A program made the position numbers and the translations under genes. The notes under the pieces are model-generated. The model had not been told where the DNA came from. It worked only from the letters and a program-made list of their open reading frames with translations, and did no database searches. 64,000 nucleotides of DNA from NCBI GenBank assembly GCA_000934665.2, contig KZ538402.1, forward strand, positions 1 to 64,000, given 5' to 3'. This document shows, piece by piece, positions 25,496-35,895 of the stretch. This DNA comes from Catajapyx aquilonaris. Lineage: Eukaryota. Every line of letters begins with the position of its first letter. Positions within the stretch are counted from its first letter, which is position 1.

Positions 25496-26009
25496 CCCTT
25501 TGAGGGCTACGTGCCTCATATGAGGTCCTGCGGGTTTTTGAACTGGGCGCGCTAGGATTTAGACAGAAATGGCGCAGTTTGAAGCTCAAACTGCTCCTAC
25601 CGCCTCGTAGAAGGGGGCTCAACTACCATGGTTTATGCTAATAAATTTTTCTGCCTTCCAGCGTGAGCTAAAAATACCACCTCCTGTGTCAGAACATGGT
25701 GTGGCGTAAGTCTGGACTCTTAGGAATTTCTCATAGTACAGTGTTTTAGTATGATTTTGTCACCATAGCAACAATTTTACAGTGACTTTAAAAATTTAAA
25801 TAAATTTAATTACATTTAAAGTTAAATGCACTTTAAAAAAATTTATGGAACATCCTGTAGATGATTTTTTTTCAGCATTTTACATTCAAAGGGACCACCA
25901 CAAGTTAAAACGGTCAATATTGGGAGCACATTCTTTTCCATTAATATCACTCTTACTATTTTCATCAAAAGGAAAAAAAAAACGGCCCATAAAAACCACC
26001 GTCAAAGGG
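25496..26009. mobile_element. piggyBac-like non-autonomous element
   Basis: TTAA|CCCTTTGAGGG ... CCGTCAAAGGG|TTAC: terminal inverted repeats with a TTAA-like target. Confidence 0.65.
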
Positions 26010-26037
26010 TTACAAGAGCATCACACATCTCATGAAA

Positions 26038-26108
26038 CATCAATTTTTAATGCTCTTGTGATGCTTTTTTGTTGCTAAAAAGCATTAGAAGAGCATTAAA
26101 AATTGATG
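26038..26108. repeat. ~32-bp-stem palindrome
   Basis: CATCAATTTTTAATGCTCTT ... AAGAGCATTAAAAATTGATG with inner ATGCTTTTT/AAAAAGCAT. Confidence 0.8.
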
Positions 26109-26177
26109 GTCCTTGAGACGAGTCTTTTAACATTTCGAGGTTTTGCAGTGTACACAATTTATATTTGGAAAAAAACA

Positions 26178-26470
26178 CCGAACCATTGGTGGCGGAGGGG
26201 ATATGGTATCCGACTGCTAATCGGGAGGTCCTGGGTTCTAATCCCGGTTCCGGAAACTCTAACTGTGGTTTTCCTCCAGGAGAATTCCGGAGTTGTTTCC
26301 TAAACTAATAGGCCACAGCCGCCTCCTTCCTTTCCTATCCTATCCCAAAAAGCGCAGTAAAAAAACGAAGCGAGGAGTTCCAGTCAAAACAAAAAAATAT
26401 CCCCCCTAAAGAGTCGCCGGCTGATAACGGGGTATGAATTATTGTTATTATTATTATTATTATTATTATA
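26178..26470 (+). mobile_element. tRNA-derived SINE
   Basis: A-box TGGCGGAGGGG (26190), anticodon-like arm TCCGA-CTGCTAA-TCGGG, B-box GGGTTCTAATCCC (26233), body GGCCACAGCCGCCTCCTTCC, and an (ATT)n tail. Confidence 0.75.
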
Positions 26471-26809
26471 ATATTTGGAAGAACACAAAATCAATTTTGT
26501 CCCATACGTGGAATGCTATTCCCAACACATATTGTGTGGGTTTTTTCCCCCCACTTTGGGCCAATATGCGCAAAACCAAAAGATTCCAACGGAACAAAAT
26601 TTTCATCCCAGCCAAACCCCCCAAAGAACATTTCCTCTACTCTTAAAGGAGCAGGATAAACCTTGTTGGAACTTTTTTTCCCCTTCCATCTTTTTTTGTC
26701 CCTTTCTTCTTTTGTGCCCAATAATTTCCCCATCGTCACCACAACAAACCCTTGCTTAACGACTCCCCCCCACAACAATGAGAGCTTTCTTTTTTTTATT
26801 ATTATTTTT

Positions 26810-27474
26810 CCTCACCCTCTTCGTCTGCCCGACTCTCCTCGACGATACCTCCGAGAAAAAACACAAAAACCCTGAAACGCGAAGCACTACCCACGACGAA
26901 CGGCCGCCATCTTCGAACTACAATCGAACAACAACTGACGGAATAAAAATATTCTCAGAAATAGAACAACTGGTAATTCCACCAAAAAAACACCAGATGA
27001 CAGCAGCGGAAAGGGGCGGAACGAGGTCGAAAGAAACGCAGCGGCTGACCCAACCAAATGGCTACATACGCCAATTGGATAATTAATGCAAATTTGCATC
27101 AATTAAAAATGTGCTTACAAATATAGTAAATTATGATGTACATCGCTGATTGTATGTGTAGTACCCGCACCGGATCAAACATTGATGAAATTAGACGAAA
27201 ATTGGTAGCTACATTTTAGCAGTTAACATAATAGCTGCGATTTAACAAGGGCGCGTTCGAATCGGCTTTCAAGGACACACATAAATTTGGCAAATTTCTT
27301 CGCATATCGCATTAATCGCAATTTCTGTGGATATATTCCACTGTTTTAATTATAATTGTGGTTAAATTTGGCATTTGTACTGATTTTTTCGTGTAACTTT
27401 TGGCCTGCTTTTGGCTAACCCGGTTTAGTGTACTTGGCTTCGTAGTGTGCTTGGGCGTGTCCAGCGTGGGCCAC
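26810..27474. promoter_or_regulatory. Likely bidirectional promoter of ZFC3H1 (-) and GTF3A (+)
   Basis: Minus-strand donor AGG|GTGAGG at 26815, YY1-type GCCGCCATCTT at 26903, and head-to-head geometry. Confidence 0.55.
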
Positions 27475-28649
27475 ATGGACGACCAGAAAAAGAGGCATAA
27501 ATGTACCTTCGAAGGCTGTACGGCCGATTTTCTGAAGCCGGATCGACTGAAGCAGCACATCAGGGTCCACACAGGAGAGGTAGTCACACTGAGTTTTAAT
27601 TTAAAGCTTTAAAAATGTAATTAACATATGTATCAACAGAGACCGTATGTGTGTGAACATGCTGATTGCGGTAAGAGCTACACACGTGCGCACCATCTGA
27701 ATCGGCATGTGGCTCGTGTACATACAGCACGTACGTACACCCCGGTTCTGCAGTGCAACCAGTGCGACGGCACGTTCATGACGCAGCAGAAGGTACGGGA
27801 ACATATTGAGCGAGTTCATGCCGAGACGCGCTACACTTGCATGACATGCAAGTGCACGTTCAGGAAGCATCGTAACCTGCAAGAACATGCATGCACCGGT
27901 ACGGAGAGAAAGGCGTACAAATGCAAGCATGATGGGTGCGGGAAGGTGTTTCCACATTTGTCACGATTGGAGCGGCATGAGAAGAAGCATACGCCCCAGT
28001 CGTACGACTGCCCCGAGTGCGATGAGAGTGGATTCAGGGGTTGGAATATGCTGAGGGCTCATAAGAAGCTGGCTCATCCGAAATGTAAGTGTGGCATTGT
28101 GCTCACAAATGTGTGTTAACTGTACGCTCCATAGGTTTCGTCTGCGCAATATGCAACAAGAACTTCAGGTCCAAGTCCAACTTGCGGATACACTCGGCCG
28201 TCCACTCGCAAGAGCGGGAGGTCTTCCACTGTCCAGCTGAACATTGCCCAAGGTAATTTACAAGCATTGTGTATGTATCAGCTATTTCAATCAACAATCA
28301 TTGCAGGTACTACTACAAAGAATCCAGCCTGAAGCACCACATCAGTTCAAGCCACGAGGGCAAGCGCTTCCCCTGCCTTTTCCCAGACTGTGGACGTGAA
28401 CTCTGCTCCAACCAGAAGCTGAAAGAGCACATGAGGCTGCATGACCCAGCATGGCATCCGAAGCGGAAGCCTCCAAAGAAGAACCGTGCGCCTCGTAAGG
28501 ACAAGGGAATTCCAAAGCGGTGCATGGCAGCCAAGATGGCCGGAGTGGCCATCCCGTACGAGAAGGAAAAACAGGACTTGCAGAGGTGGAAAGTCCTGGT
28601 GGACGAGGTCAGCGATAGCGACACAGATAAAGGGGCAATCGCAGTGTAG
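27475..28649 (+). CDS. GTF3A: Transcription factor IIIA, nine C2H2 fingers, ~336 aa
   Basis: Exons 27475-27579, 27640-28084, 28135-28252 and 28307-28649. Nine consecutive fingers (CTFEGC...HIRVHTGERPY through CLFPDC...HMRLH), FRKH in finger 4, and a C-terminal RAPRKDKG..MAAKMAG motif typical of invertebrate TFIIIA. Confidence 0.88.
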
Positions 28650-28736
28650 ATTCATCCAAGGAAAACTCCCAGTGATGCGACAGGGCGGAATTAATAAAAA
28701 GTATCTAATAGTACGACAGGTGTATTTTATAACACA

Positions 28737-29082
28737 CTCGCCGAGGAGCCTGTTCTTTGTTCAGCCTGTTTCCATCAACAGCCATCATTGCAGTTGACGC
28801 CATGGAAATGCTGTTGCCATGGACAAACAAACACGTAATCATCACCATGGAGATCCGTTGCTATGGACAAACAACCGTTGCCATGGAGATCCGTTGCTAT
28901 GGACAAACAAACGTTGCCATGGAGATCAATTGCTATGGACAAACAACCATTGCCACGGAGATCCGTTGCTATGGACAAGCAACCGTTGCCATGGAGATCC
29001 GTTGCTACGGACAAACAAACGTTGCCATGGAGATCCATTGCTACGGACAAACCAATGAACTTTGCCTTTTATATACGTAAGA
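28737..29082 (-). mobile_element. Non-autonomous Helitron with internal 36-bp tandem array of RFX X-box motifs
   Basis: Minus strand starts a|TCTTACGTATATAAAAGGCAAAGTT and ends CAAAGAACAGGCTC...CGAG|t. About 6.5 copies of CCGTTGCCATGGAGATCCGTTGCTATGGACAAACAA. Confidence 0.7.
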
Positions 29083-29142
29083 TTATATTATTTCCAGTGC
29101 ACTTAGCATGGTGTCTAGTCCTTATAGCACAAGAGTTGAACT

Positions 29143-29857
29143 TCATGAAGGCTTCTTGAGAGGCATCATTTGAAACCTGATTTCATTACCCTTCATCCTT
29201 TTCTGGACAATTTTTGCATCTTCTTTCGCATTAGCTTCGACGGTCTTGAACACACTTTCCTGCAATGAGATTGTCCGGGTTTTTACTACAATGGTAGAAA
29301 CGTTTGTAATGTAAGTTACGGCTTACGGCAGCTTCTGGGTTTCCTTCTTCTCCGGCGATTACGACCCTTACGGTGCTTCCCTTCTCGATCCACTTCTTGG
29401 CCTGCTTCATCTTTATATCCAGGTCGTGCGGACTGATCTTCCACTTGAGCGCAACCATCTTCTCCTTCCCAGCGTCCGTCGTCGTTCCTCCTCCTCCCTG
29501 CTTCAGCACCTCCCTCTTCGCCACCAGCCTGTACACCGGCAGATCCGTCTTGAACCTGGGACCACCTTCCTGCTCTCCTTCTCCTTCCACCATCTCCATC
29601 CCTCTCCTCTTGGCCAGTCTCCCACCTTCATCAAAGGTCATGGCAGTCACCCTCTTCTCCTGCAGCAACAGTATTCGTGGGGAGGAATCCTTCTTCGGGC
29701 CCTGTGCCGCCTTCCTGCCCTCACTCTGGGTGTTCCGCTTAGCCTCATCCTGCCGCCGCACGCAACACCCGTGCAGCACACGGCCTTCAAGTCGGTACAC
29801 AGCACGAATCACGCGCAATGACGAAGGTACTATGGCCGCCGCCATGTTGGTGGCCAT
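29143..29857 (-). CDS. MTIF3: Mitochondrial translation initiation factor IF-3, ~215 aa
   Basis: Exons 29857-29327 and 29259-29143. Arg-rich presequence-like N-terminus, PVYRL, and the IF3 C-domain signature KISPHDLDIKMKQAKKWIEKGSTVRVVI. Confidence 0.88.
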
Positions 29858-30073
29858 GTTGCCCCCTCCAATGCTGCCAATCCACAGTTACACACCGAGG
29901 CTAAAAATAGCATAGCAGCTTAACGTGTTGGCTTCCCTGCTCCAATATACACTGCTATGCTATTTTTTGCCTGGGACACTTCACAACACATTGTGTGTGT
30001 TGAATTATTTTGCTGTAATTAGAGCTGTAATTGCTCGACTAATTGCAGTAATTTGTAAGCATCTAAGCCAGCA
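29858..30073. promoter_or_regulatory. 216-bp bidirectional promoter between MTIF3 and Tim8
   Basis: Divergent ATGs at 29857 and 30074. Confidence 0.7.
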
Positions 30074-30402
30074 ATGAGCGAAGAAGAAGGGGATAGGGAG
30101 CTGGCGGATTTCCTGACTGTGGAGCAGCAGAAGGCGCAGTACCAGTCTCATGTAATGCATCGGTTTGCGTTGCGGCGGGTACTTTTTTTTATGTCAATAA
30201 TTATAATTATTTTTTTCTCAATTTGAAGGTTCATCGCTTCAATGATGTTTGCTGGGAGAAGTGTGTGGAGAAGCCGGGGAACAAGCTGGATAGTAGGACC
30301 GAGTCGTGCATTTCCAACTGCGTCGAGAGGTTCATAGACGTCTCGTTGCTCATTACCAACAGATTCGCGCAGCTCTTGCAGCGAAGTGGATCTGGAATGT
30401 AG
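30074..30402 (+). CDS. TIMM8: Mitochondrial import chaperone Tim8, 83 aa
   Basis: Exons 30074-30151 and 30229-30402 encode [72 protein letters not shown], with the twin CX3C motif. Not in the ORF track. Confidence 0.95.
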
Positions 30403-30921
30403 CTGATCACTGTTCATTAAAATTTAATTTGTTCGAAGAGTGTACGCTGTCCCCTTATTGCCTGTAATTGGAATTACAGATTTCCCAGTACGGTACAAGT
30501 CGTATCGAGTGTAATGTACATACGATTCGCCCAGTGGTGATCATCGCTGAGCAATGATTTCATTGCTCAGCGATACTTGCCACCGAGCAAATTACTCGCA
30601 TGTAAACACCGCCTAAAGAATTGCCATGTGAAGAACCGGGAGGACGCCAAATAGAAGAAGAAAAAAAAGCGCATGTGAATCATGCCGATCATTTTATTTG
30701 TCATCACATCATAACCATATAACTGAGGGTGTATTGCTATCACCGTGGCCATTACTTGCGGAGGGGGAGGGGAGAAAACACCCTTGATATAATTAATATC
30801 GAAACAGTAAACAGCTGGAATGAGGCTCCTCTCTCAATAAAAGGAGCTAAATAATAATAATACATTTGTTGTGTATTTATATGTTAGTGATTATTTCGTT
30901 AGCACCATTTTTGTCGCACGT

Positions 30922-33900
30922 TCAGTTACGGTGCATCGGAGGAGTTTGCTTCAGTTGCAAAATGATGGACCTCATGCGCGACACATCTTTGCTGTGCTTG
31001 CTCGCTTTTGGGTTGAAGTCGCACAGCTTCGCAATGCGTTCCCACTCCGTCCCTGGTTCAACCACGTCCGCCTCTGCGACCAGATCTTTCTCCGCGTTCC
31101 TGTACCGCCAAATAAGTGGACAAAATTAGCAACAAGTTACAAATGTAAAGGCCATCACGACTTACTTTGCAGCCTCTCTTTTGTTTGCCAGAAGTAAAAA
31201 ACAATAACACAATTTGTTACATCATGCATGACAATGCGTACATCTTAACGTAGGCTTACATCAGCAAAAGTTTGTTTGTTTGTCCATGGCAGCATGTACC
31301 ACGGCAACGGGTCTTTTAAAAAATTACAAGTGTCCACAGGCTTATGATACAAAAGCAATTTAGTCAAGTCCACATACGTATAGCAATTGCCTGGAATTTC
31401 CTGGAACTACAGGAGAATCCAGGAATATGTGTGGGTGAACGTTACCTGTTAGCGGCCTTGTTCTTGGCGATCTGCTCTTCGTGGTGCTTGTACCACTCTT
31501 CCAGCTCCTTCTTGGCGGCGGCTCTCAGCTCGTCCTTTTTCTTTTCCTCTTCCGCATCTGTCAAAGATTCGGTTTAAAAAAAAATTACTGGTTGTTGCAA
31601 TGGGCACAGACGTATGGCTGTGAAGACTCACCCTTTTTTTCAAGGCATTTCATTTGCTCCTCTCGCCACAGCTTGATCTTTGCGGGCTCCTCACGAGGCG
31701 GCGCAGGATGAGCGATCTCTGCGGAAACAATTGGATGTTGTAATTTCTGGTGTGACGGACTTTTTGCTGCGGATCCTCAGCTGGTTAGTGATCCAGGGAC
31801 ATTTGTGAGTGTAAACATGCACTGAATGGACTGACACAACAAATATTTGGCTGGGATATGTGACTATTCCATAAACTGATGTTTGCATGACCACAGCAAA
31901 CCTTACATCGGTTAACCATAACAACAACTGCTGAACACCAAATCCACTGCTATGCTAGAAGTGTCCTACATCTTTTTACTCACCCCCATTCATCTCTCCG
32001 CTTTCCGGTCCATCGTCAGAATCTAATCACAGAGATTGCATAAATTAGTATGTCGTCGGCAGGGGTAGGACAGGGTAAGGTCTACGAAACACATGCAATG
32101 GAACCTCTTTGCATCGAAAAATTCCACTCGTCTACAAGAAAATTCACGGCCTTTTCTCAAATCATATGATGACTCGTCTGGGCTGCCATGAGCATATTTA
32201 CGCGCAAACTCGTTTTGTCTAACAACGATATTGTTCCTGGATCAATTAGGCTTGTTACATGCGCTTCCTGCAGATGTGAGAGTAGACCATGAGGTGATTT
32301 TTCTCCTAGAGAAAATCTGCGAGATCGAAAGTCATATTGAATCACAAATCTGAATTGCACATTTACCAAGTACAATTAATTCTCATTCTCTCAACTATGA
32401 CCAGAGCGTACAAGGTACAGAGAGTACAAAAGACCTCACAGTAAAACTATCGCAGAATAAGACAAAACCCCAAGTACGTGTAACTACCCTTTCAGTATCA
32501 TTGTGCTGTGTGGATGAAAAAGGTCCAACTGCCACAGGAAGGGTGCAACACAATATTGGCAAAAAAATAAAATGGTGCACACTAAAGCCCACATGCTTCT
32601 TGCCATGAACCTTTTCAAAAAAAAAATCATTAACTACTCGCATAATAATTATTTTTTGGTTGCCATGTAATGCTACACACCTCTACGCTGCTCTTTCCCA
32701 GCATCGTAGTCATCGTAAGTGATGTGTGGAGGAGCCATGTCTCCGCCCAAGTTGTCAATCATCTCGAAACTGCCCAACTGGTCCGTTTGTCCCGCAGCCA
32801 TGAAATCGTCTACGGGGGGGCGCCAGAGGTAGTAAAAGGGGCATGCGCAAGGAATAAACGAGCACAAAAGAAATAACAGGCCATCACAAAAAAAATTAAT
32901 AAAAGAAAAAGCGCATCTACATTACATGCACTCTCCACATGACTCGCACCTGTCACATGCATTTGCACATCTTTTACTTACCACTCACTAAACACACATT
33001 TTCATTTGATATCGCAGGTACTTTCAAACATGTTCCGTACGTCATTTAGTCTTGATTGCCTTTTACATAACTAAGTACTTTTTTTCTGTAAGTACTTTCT
33101 ACCATTTAACAAAAACAACGTTCCTTGCAACTTAGCCCAGATATGCCTGAATTTTTTTTTGGTTTAATTTTTCTCATATTTTTCCTTTTTTTTTACCCTC
33201 TGGGATAACATAAGATAAATATTTTTCTATTTATGTTCAAATGAAAACCTAATACAGTTGAATCCAGATATAAAGACTTCAAGGGACTGCGGAACAATGT
33301 TATAACCGAGGTCGGTTATAGCTGAATGTTTGCAACGAATAAACGAAGTTTCCTGCTTTCCACATGCTTAAAACGCACACTACTGCATACTGCTTAATAA
33401 AATCCATGAAAAAACACAACATTGGCGCATCAAAAAATTATGTAGGACCAATAAAATCCGAAATTTTCTTCTGCCGTCTATTTTTTTTTGCCAATTTTAT
33501 ACCTGAAAAAGCATATTTTCACTCCAGCAGGCCAAGAAATGTTCTGTTATAGCTGCAGTGAGGTGAAAATGAGTATGTTATATCAAGAGTAAAAATATAC
33601 AGGGTCTTATGAAAGTTTGCCGGCCTTTCGAGTCTGTTATAATCCAAAGTCCGTTATAGCTGAGGCTATTATATCAGGATTCAACTGTATTTTAATGCTA
33701 TTTAATTAGTATTTCTAATATTCTTTTATTTTTTTCCTGAACCCTCAGGGGTAACAAAAAGATTATAAATACATACTTTTATTTTTATGTGCAAATGAAA
33801 AACTAACACTATCTAATTTATCTAACATCTGTACAAATTTGTACATCTAAATTCTAGGTTCTAATTTCTAAAGTATTACTGGGTAACCATTGCTTGGCAA

Positions 33901-34233
33901 ATCTGAGTTAAGTAATGAGAAAAATACCATAACGTTCTGAAACCTTTCCCAAAAAATAATTTCATAAATCGCATAATTCAGTGCCAACAAGTCCCACCTG
34001 CACAATAAGATGGGGGAGAGACGAGGGATTAAGCACAACAACAACAACCGGTCAGGTCCCCTCTGGTGCTACGTGCAACACTAACCTTGCTGGATCTGGC
34101 TAACCGGTGCAACAGCCGGTGTCTCATTCTGTTGTTCTCCGAGATCATCCTCCAAGCCTGCCAGCTGGTCCTGCTCTCTGGCCAGGAATTCAGCCGCCGG
34201 ATCAGCCTCGAAGTTATCCGCAAAACCGTCCAT
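30922..34233 (-). CDS. Clc: Clathrin light chain, ~230 aa (+4 aa with microexon)
   Basis: Exons 34233-34086, 32809-32681, 32022-31984, 31718-31632, 31557-31446, [microexon 31177-31166] and 31099-30922. Motifs: DPAAEFLAREQDQLAGLEDD, EEPAKIKLWREEQ, KELEEWY, PGTEWERIAKLCDFNPK, KDVSRMRSIILQLK. The 5'UTR exon donor is at 35259. Confidence 0.95.
31166..31177 (-). other. 12-nt microexon of clathrin light chain (adds EAAK)
   Basis: Minus strand reads caaaag|AGAGGCTGCAAA|gtaagt. It is phase 2-2 and turns ANR-NAEK into ANR-EAAK-NAEK. Confidence 0.75.
31243..31345 (+). mobile_element. Short degenerate copy of the X-box Helitron family
   Basis: AAAAGTTTGTTTGTTTGTCCATGGCA...CCACGGCAACGG is shared with the copies at 28737-29082 and 57813-58495. 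Confidence 0.5.
33255..33687. mobile_element. Tc1/mariner (pogo/Tigger-like) MITE
   Basis: TA|CAGTTGAATCCAGATATAA ... TTATATCAGGATTCAACTG|TA, with internal GTTATA subterminal words. Confidence 0.85.
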
Positions 34234-34239
34234 CTGCAA

Positions 34240-35215
34240 AAGAACTGGTGTTAACTAGTGTTCGAACTGGTAGCAACAACTGTTGTTCTAAATAGAACTA
34301 GTGTTGACTAGTGTTCTAAATCAAACTGTCATTCTAATGGAACTGGTACCAACAACTGGCATTAACTGGTGGCAACACTGGTGTTCTAAATGCAACTGGT
34401 GCCAACAACTGGTGTTCTAAATGCAACTGGTGGCAACACTGCCATTCTAAATGCAACTGGTGGCAACACTGGCGTTCTAAATGGAACTGGTACCAACAAC
34501 TGGTGTTAACTGGTGGCAACACTGGCGTTCTAAATGGAACTGGTACCAGCAACTGGCGTTAACTGGTGGCAACACTGGCGTTCTAAATGGAACTGGTACC
34601 AAAAACTGGCGTTAACTGGCGGCAACACTGGCATTCTAAATGGAACTGATACAGTGCAGAAAACGAAACGACGCGATGATCTGAAGTCATTGTCACGCAA
34701 CAATGGGTCAACAGTGTCAAGAAAAATAAAATTGCTTCCTCCTATTGTTGCATGAGAACAAAATGATGATGTCAGATCGTAGTTTCGTTTTCCGTACGCT
34801 GTACCAACAACTGATATTCTAAATGGAACTGGTACCAACAACTGGCGTTAACTGGTGGCAATACTGGTGTTCTAAATGGAACTGGTATGTACCAACAACT
34901 GGCGTTAACTGGTGGCAATACTGGCGTTCTAAATGGAACCTGGTACCAACAACTGGCGTTAACTGGTGGCAATACTGATGTTCTAAATTGGAACTGGTAC
35001 CAACAACTGGCGTTAACTGGTGGCAACACTGGCGTTCTAAATGGAACCTGGTACCGACAACTGAGTTAACTGGTGGCAATACTGGTGTTCTAAATGGAAC
35101 TTATGCCAACGAGTGTTCTAAATCGAACTGGTTGCAACACTGATGTTCTTAATCGAACTGGTGTAAAATAATAATGTTCGAAATCGAACAACTGATGATG
35201 TTGACACCCAACTGG
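34240..35215. repeat. ~53-bp AACTGG-rich minisatellite filling the Clc 5'UTR intron
   Basis: TTCTAAATGGAACTGGTACC occurs at 34475, 34528 and 34581; further related copies follow in 34817-35050. Confidence 0.9.
34652..34801. mobile_element. 150-bp TA-flanked MITE inserted in the minisatellite
   Basis: TA|CAGTGCAGAAAACGAAACGACG ... CGTAGTTTCGTTTTCCGTACGCTG|TA. Removing it restores the unit AACTG(G)TACCAACAAC. Confidence 0.7.
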
Positions 35216-35259
35216 TTGCTAACAACTGTTGTTTTTTTTTTCTTCCAATGCCAACTCAC

Positions 35260-35895
35260 CCTGAGACGTCCTCTCTACGTGCTGGACCCTTCTGGAATCT
35301 GTTTTTCCCAAAAGAATCTGCAGAATTTAGATAGAAAAGCCGGGCCTACTCTTCAGCTTGTCACTCCCCTTTTTCCTTCCAGTGACGTCACTGGGATTAT
35401 AATCGCCGCTACTTCAAATCGCTGCTACTCTGTTAACAGCTCAAAATCGCGTATAACATGATTTGGCCCAAAAATCGCGTTTTGGTGCGGTTTTGGTCGG
35501 TTTTGGTCCTGTTCGAATCACGTCGCTGATAATGTAAGAACGTGTACATAACGTTCCATGTATATTTATTTGTAAAGTTAATTTTAATACGCTCAGAAGT
35601 TGTTACATGAGCTTGAAGTGAATTTGTTATAATTTAGGTTGAAGAACAAATGAGGAGCGGCGAGCGCGTCGAAAAAAAAAAAAAATCTGACAAGTTGGCT
35701 CCAAATACGTCATAATTATATCCGATGGAGATGGCGCAAAAAAATTTGACCCCAAAGAGTTGGAGTGTCAAAGGGTCGAGAACTTTTTGAAAAAGGTCAG
35801 AAGGAGGATTGATTTCTCTTGCCTTTTCACTTTGAGACAGAGAGACAGAGAGAGAGAGCTAGAGAGAGAGCAGGAAAAAAAAGATCTGTATAGCT
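35260..35895. promoter_or_regulatory. Bidirectional promoter of Clc (-) and TMEM263 (+) with a 16-bp perfect CRE palindrome
   Basis: CCAGTGACGTCACTGG at 35379-35394, AGATGGCG (YY1-like) at ~35730, and divergent genes. Confidence 0.6.

Noticed and set aside
26178..26255. tRNA-Ser(GCT) gene
   Set aside because: It lacks the long variable arm of Ser tRNAs, has poor acceptor and D stems, and continues into a SINE body and (ATT)n tail.
28812..29052. 36-bp repeats as a CRISPR array or repeat-protein ORF
   Set aside because: The units are head-to-tail with no unique spacers, there are no cas genes, and the context is eukaryotic. The ORFs arise only because 36 is a multiple of 3.
30922..31718. Stathmin-like coiled coil
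   Set aside because: Spliced translation gives unambiguous clathrin light chain motifs.
21465..34235. Spliced-leader trans-splicing suggested by AG|ATG starts of ZFC3H1 and Clc
   Set aside because: Plausible cis donors exist upstream (26815, 35259), so ordinary 5'UTR introns explain it.
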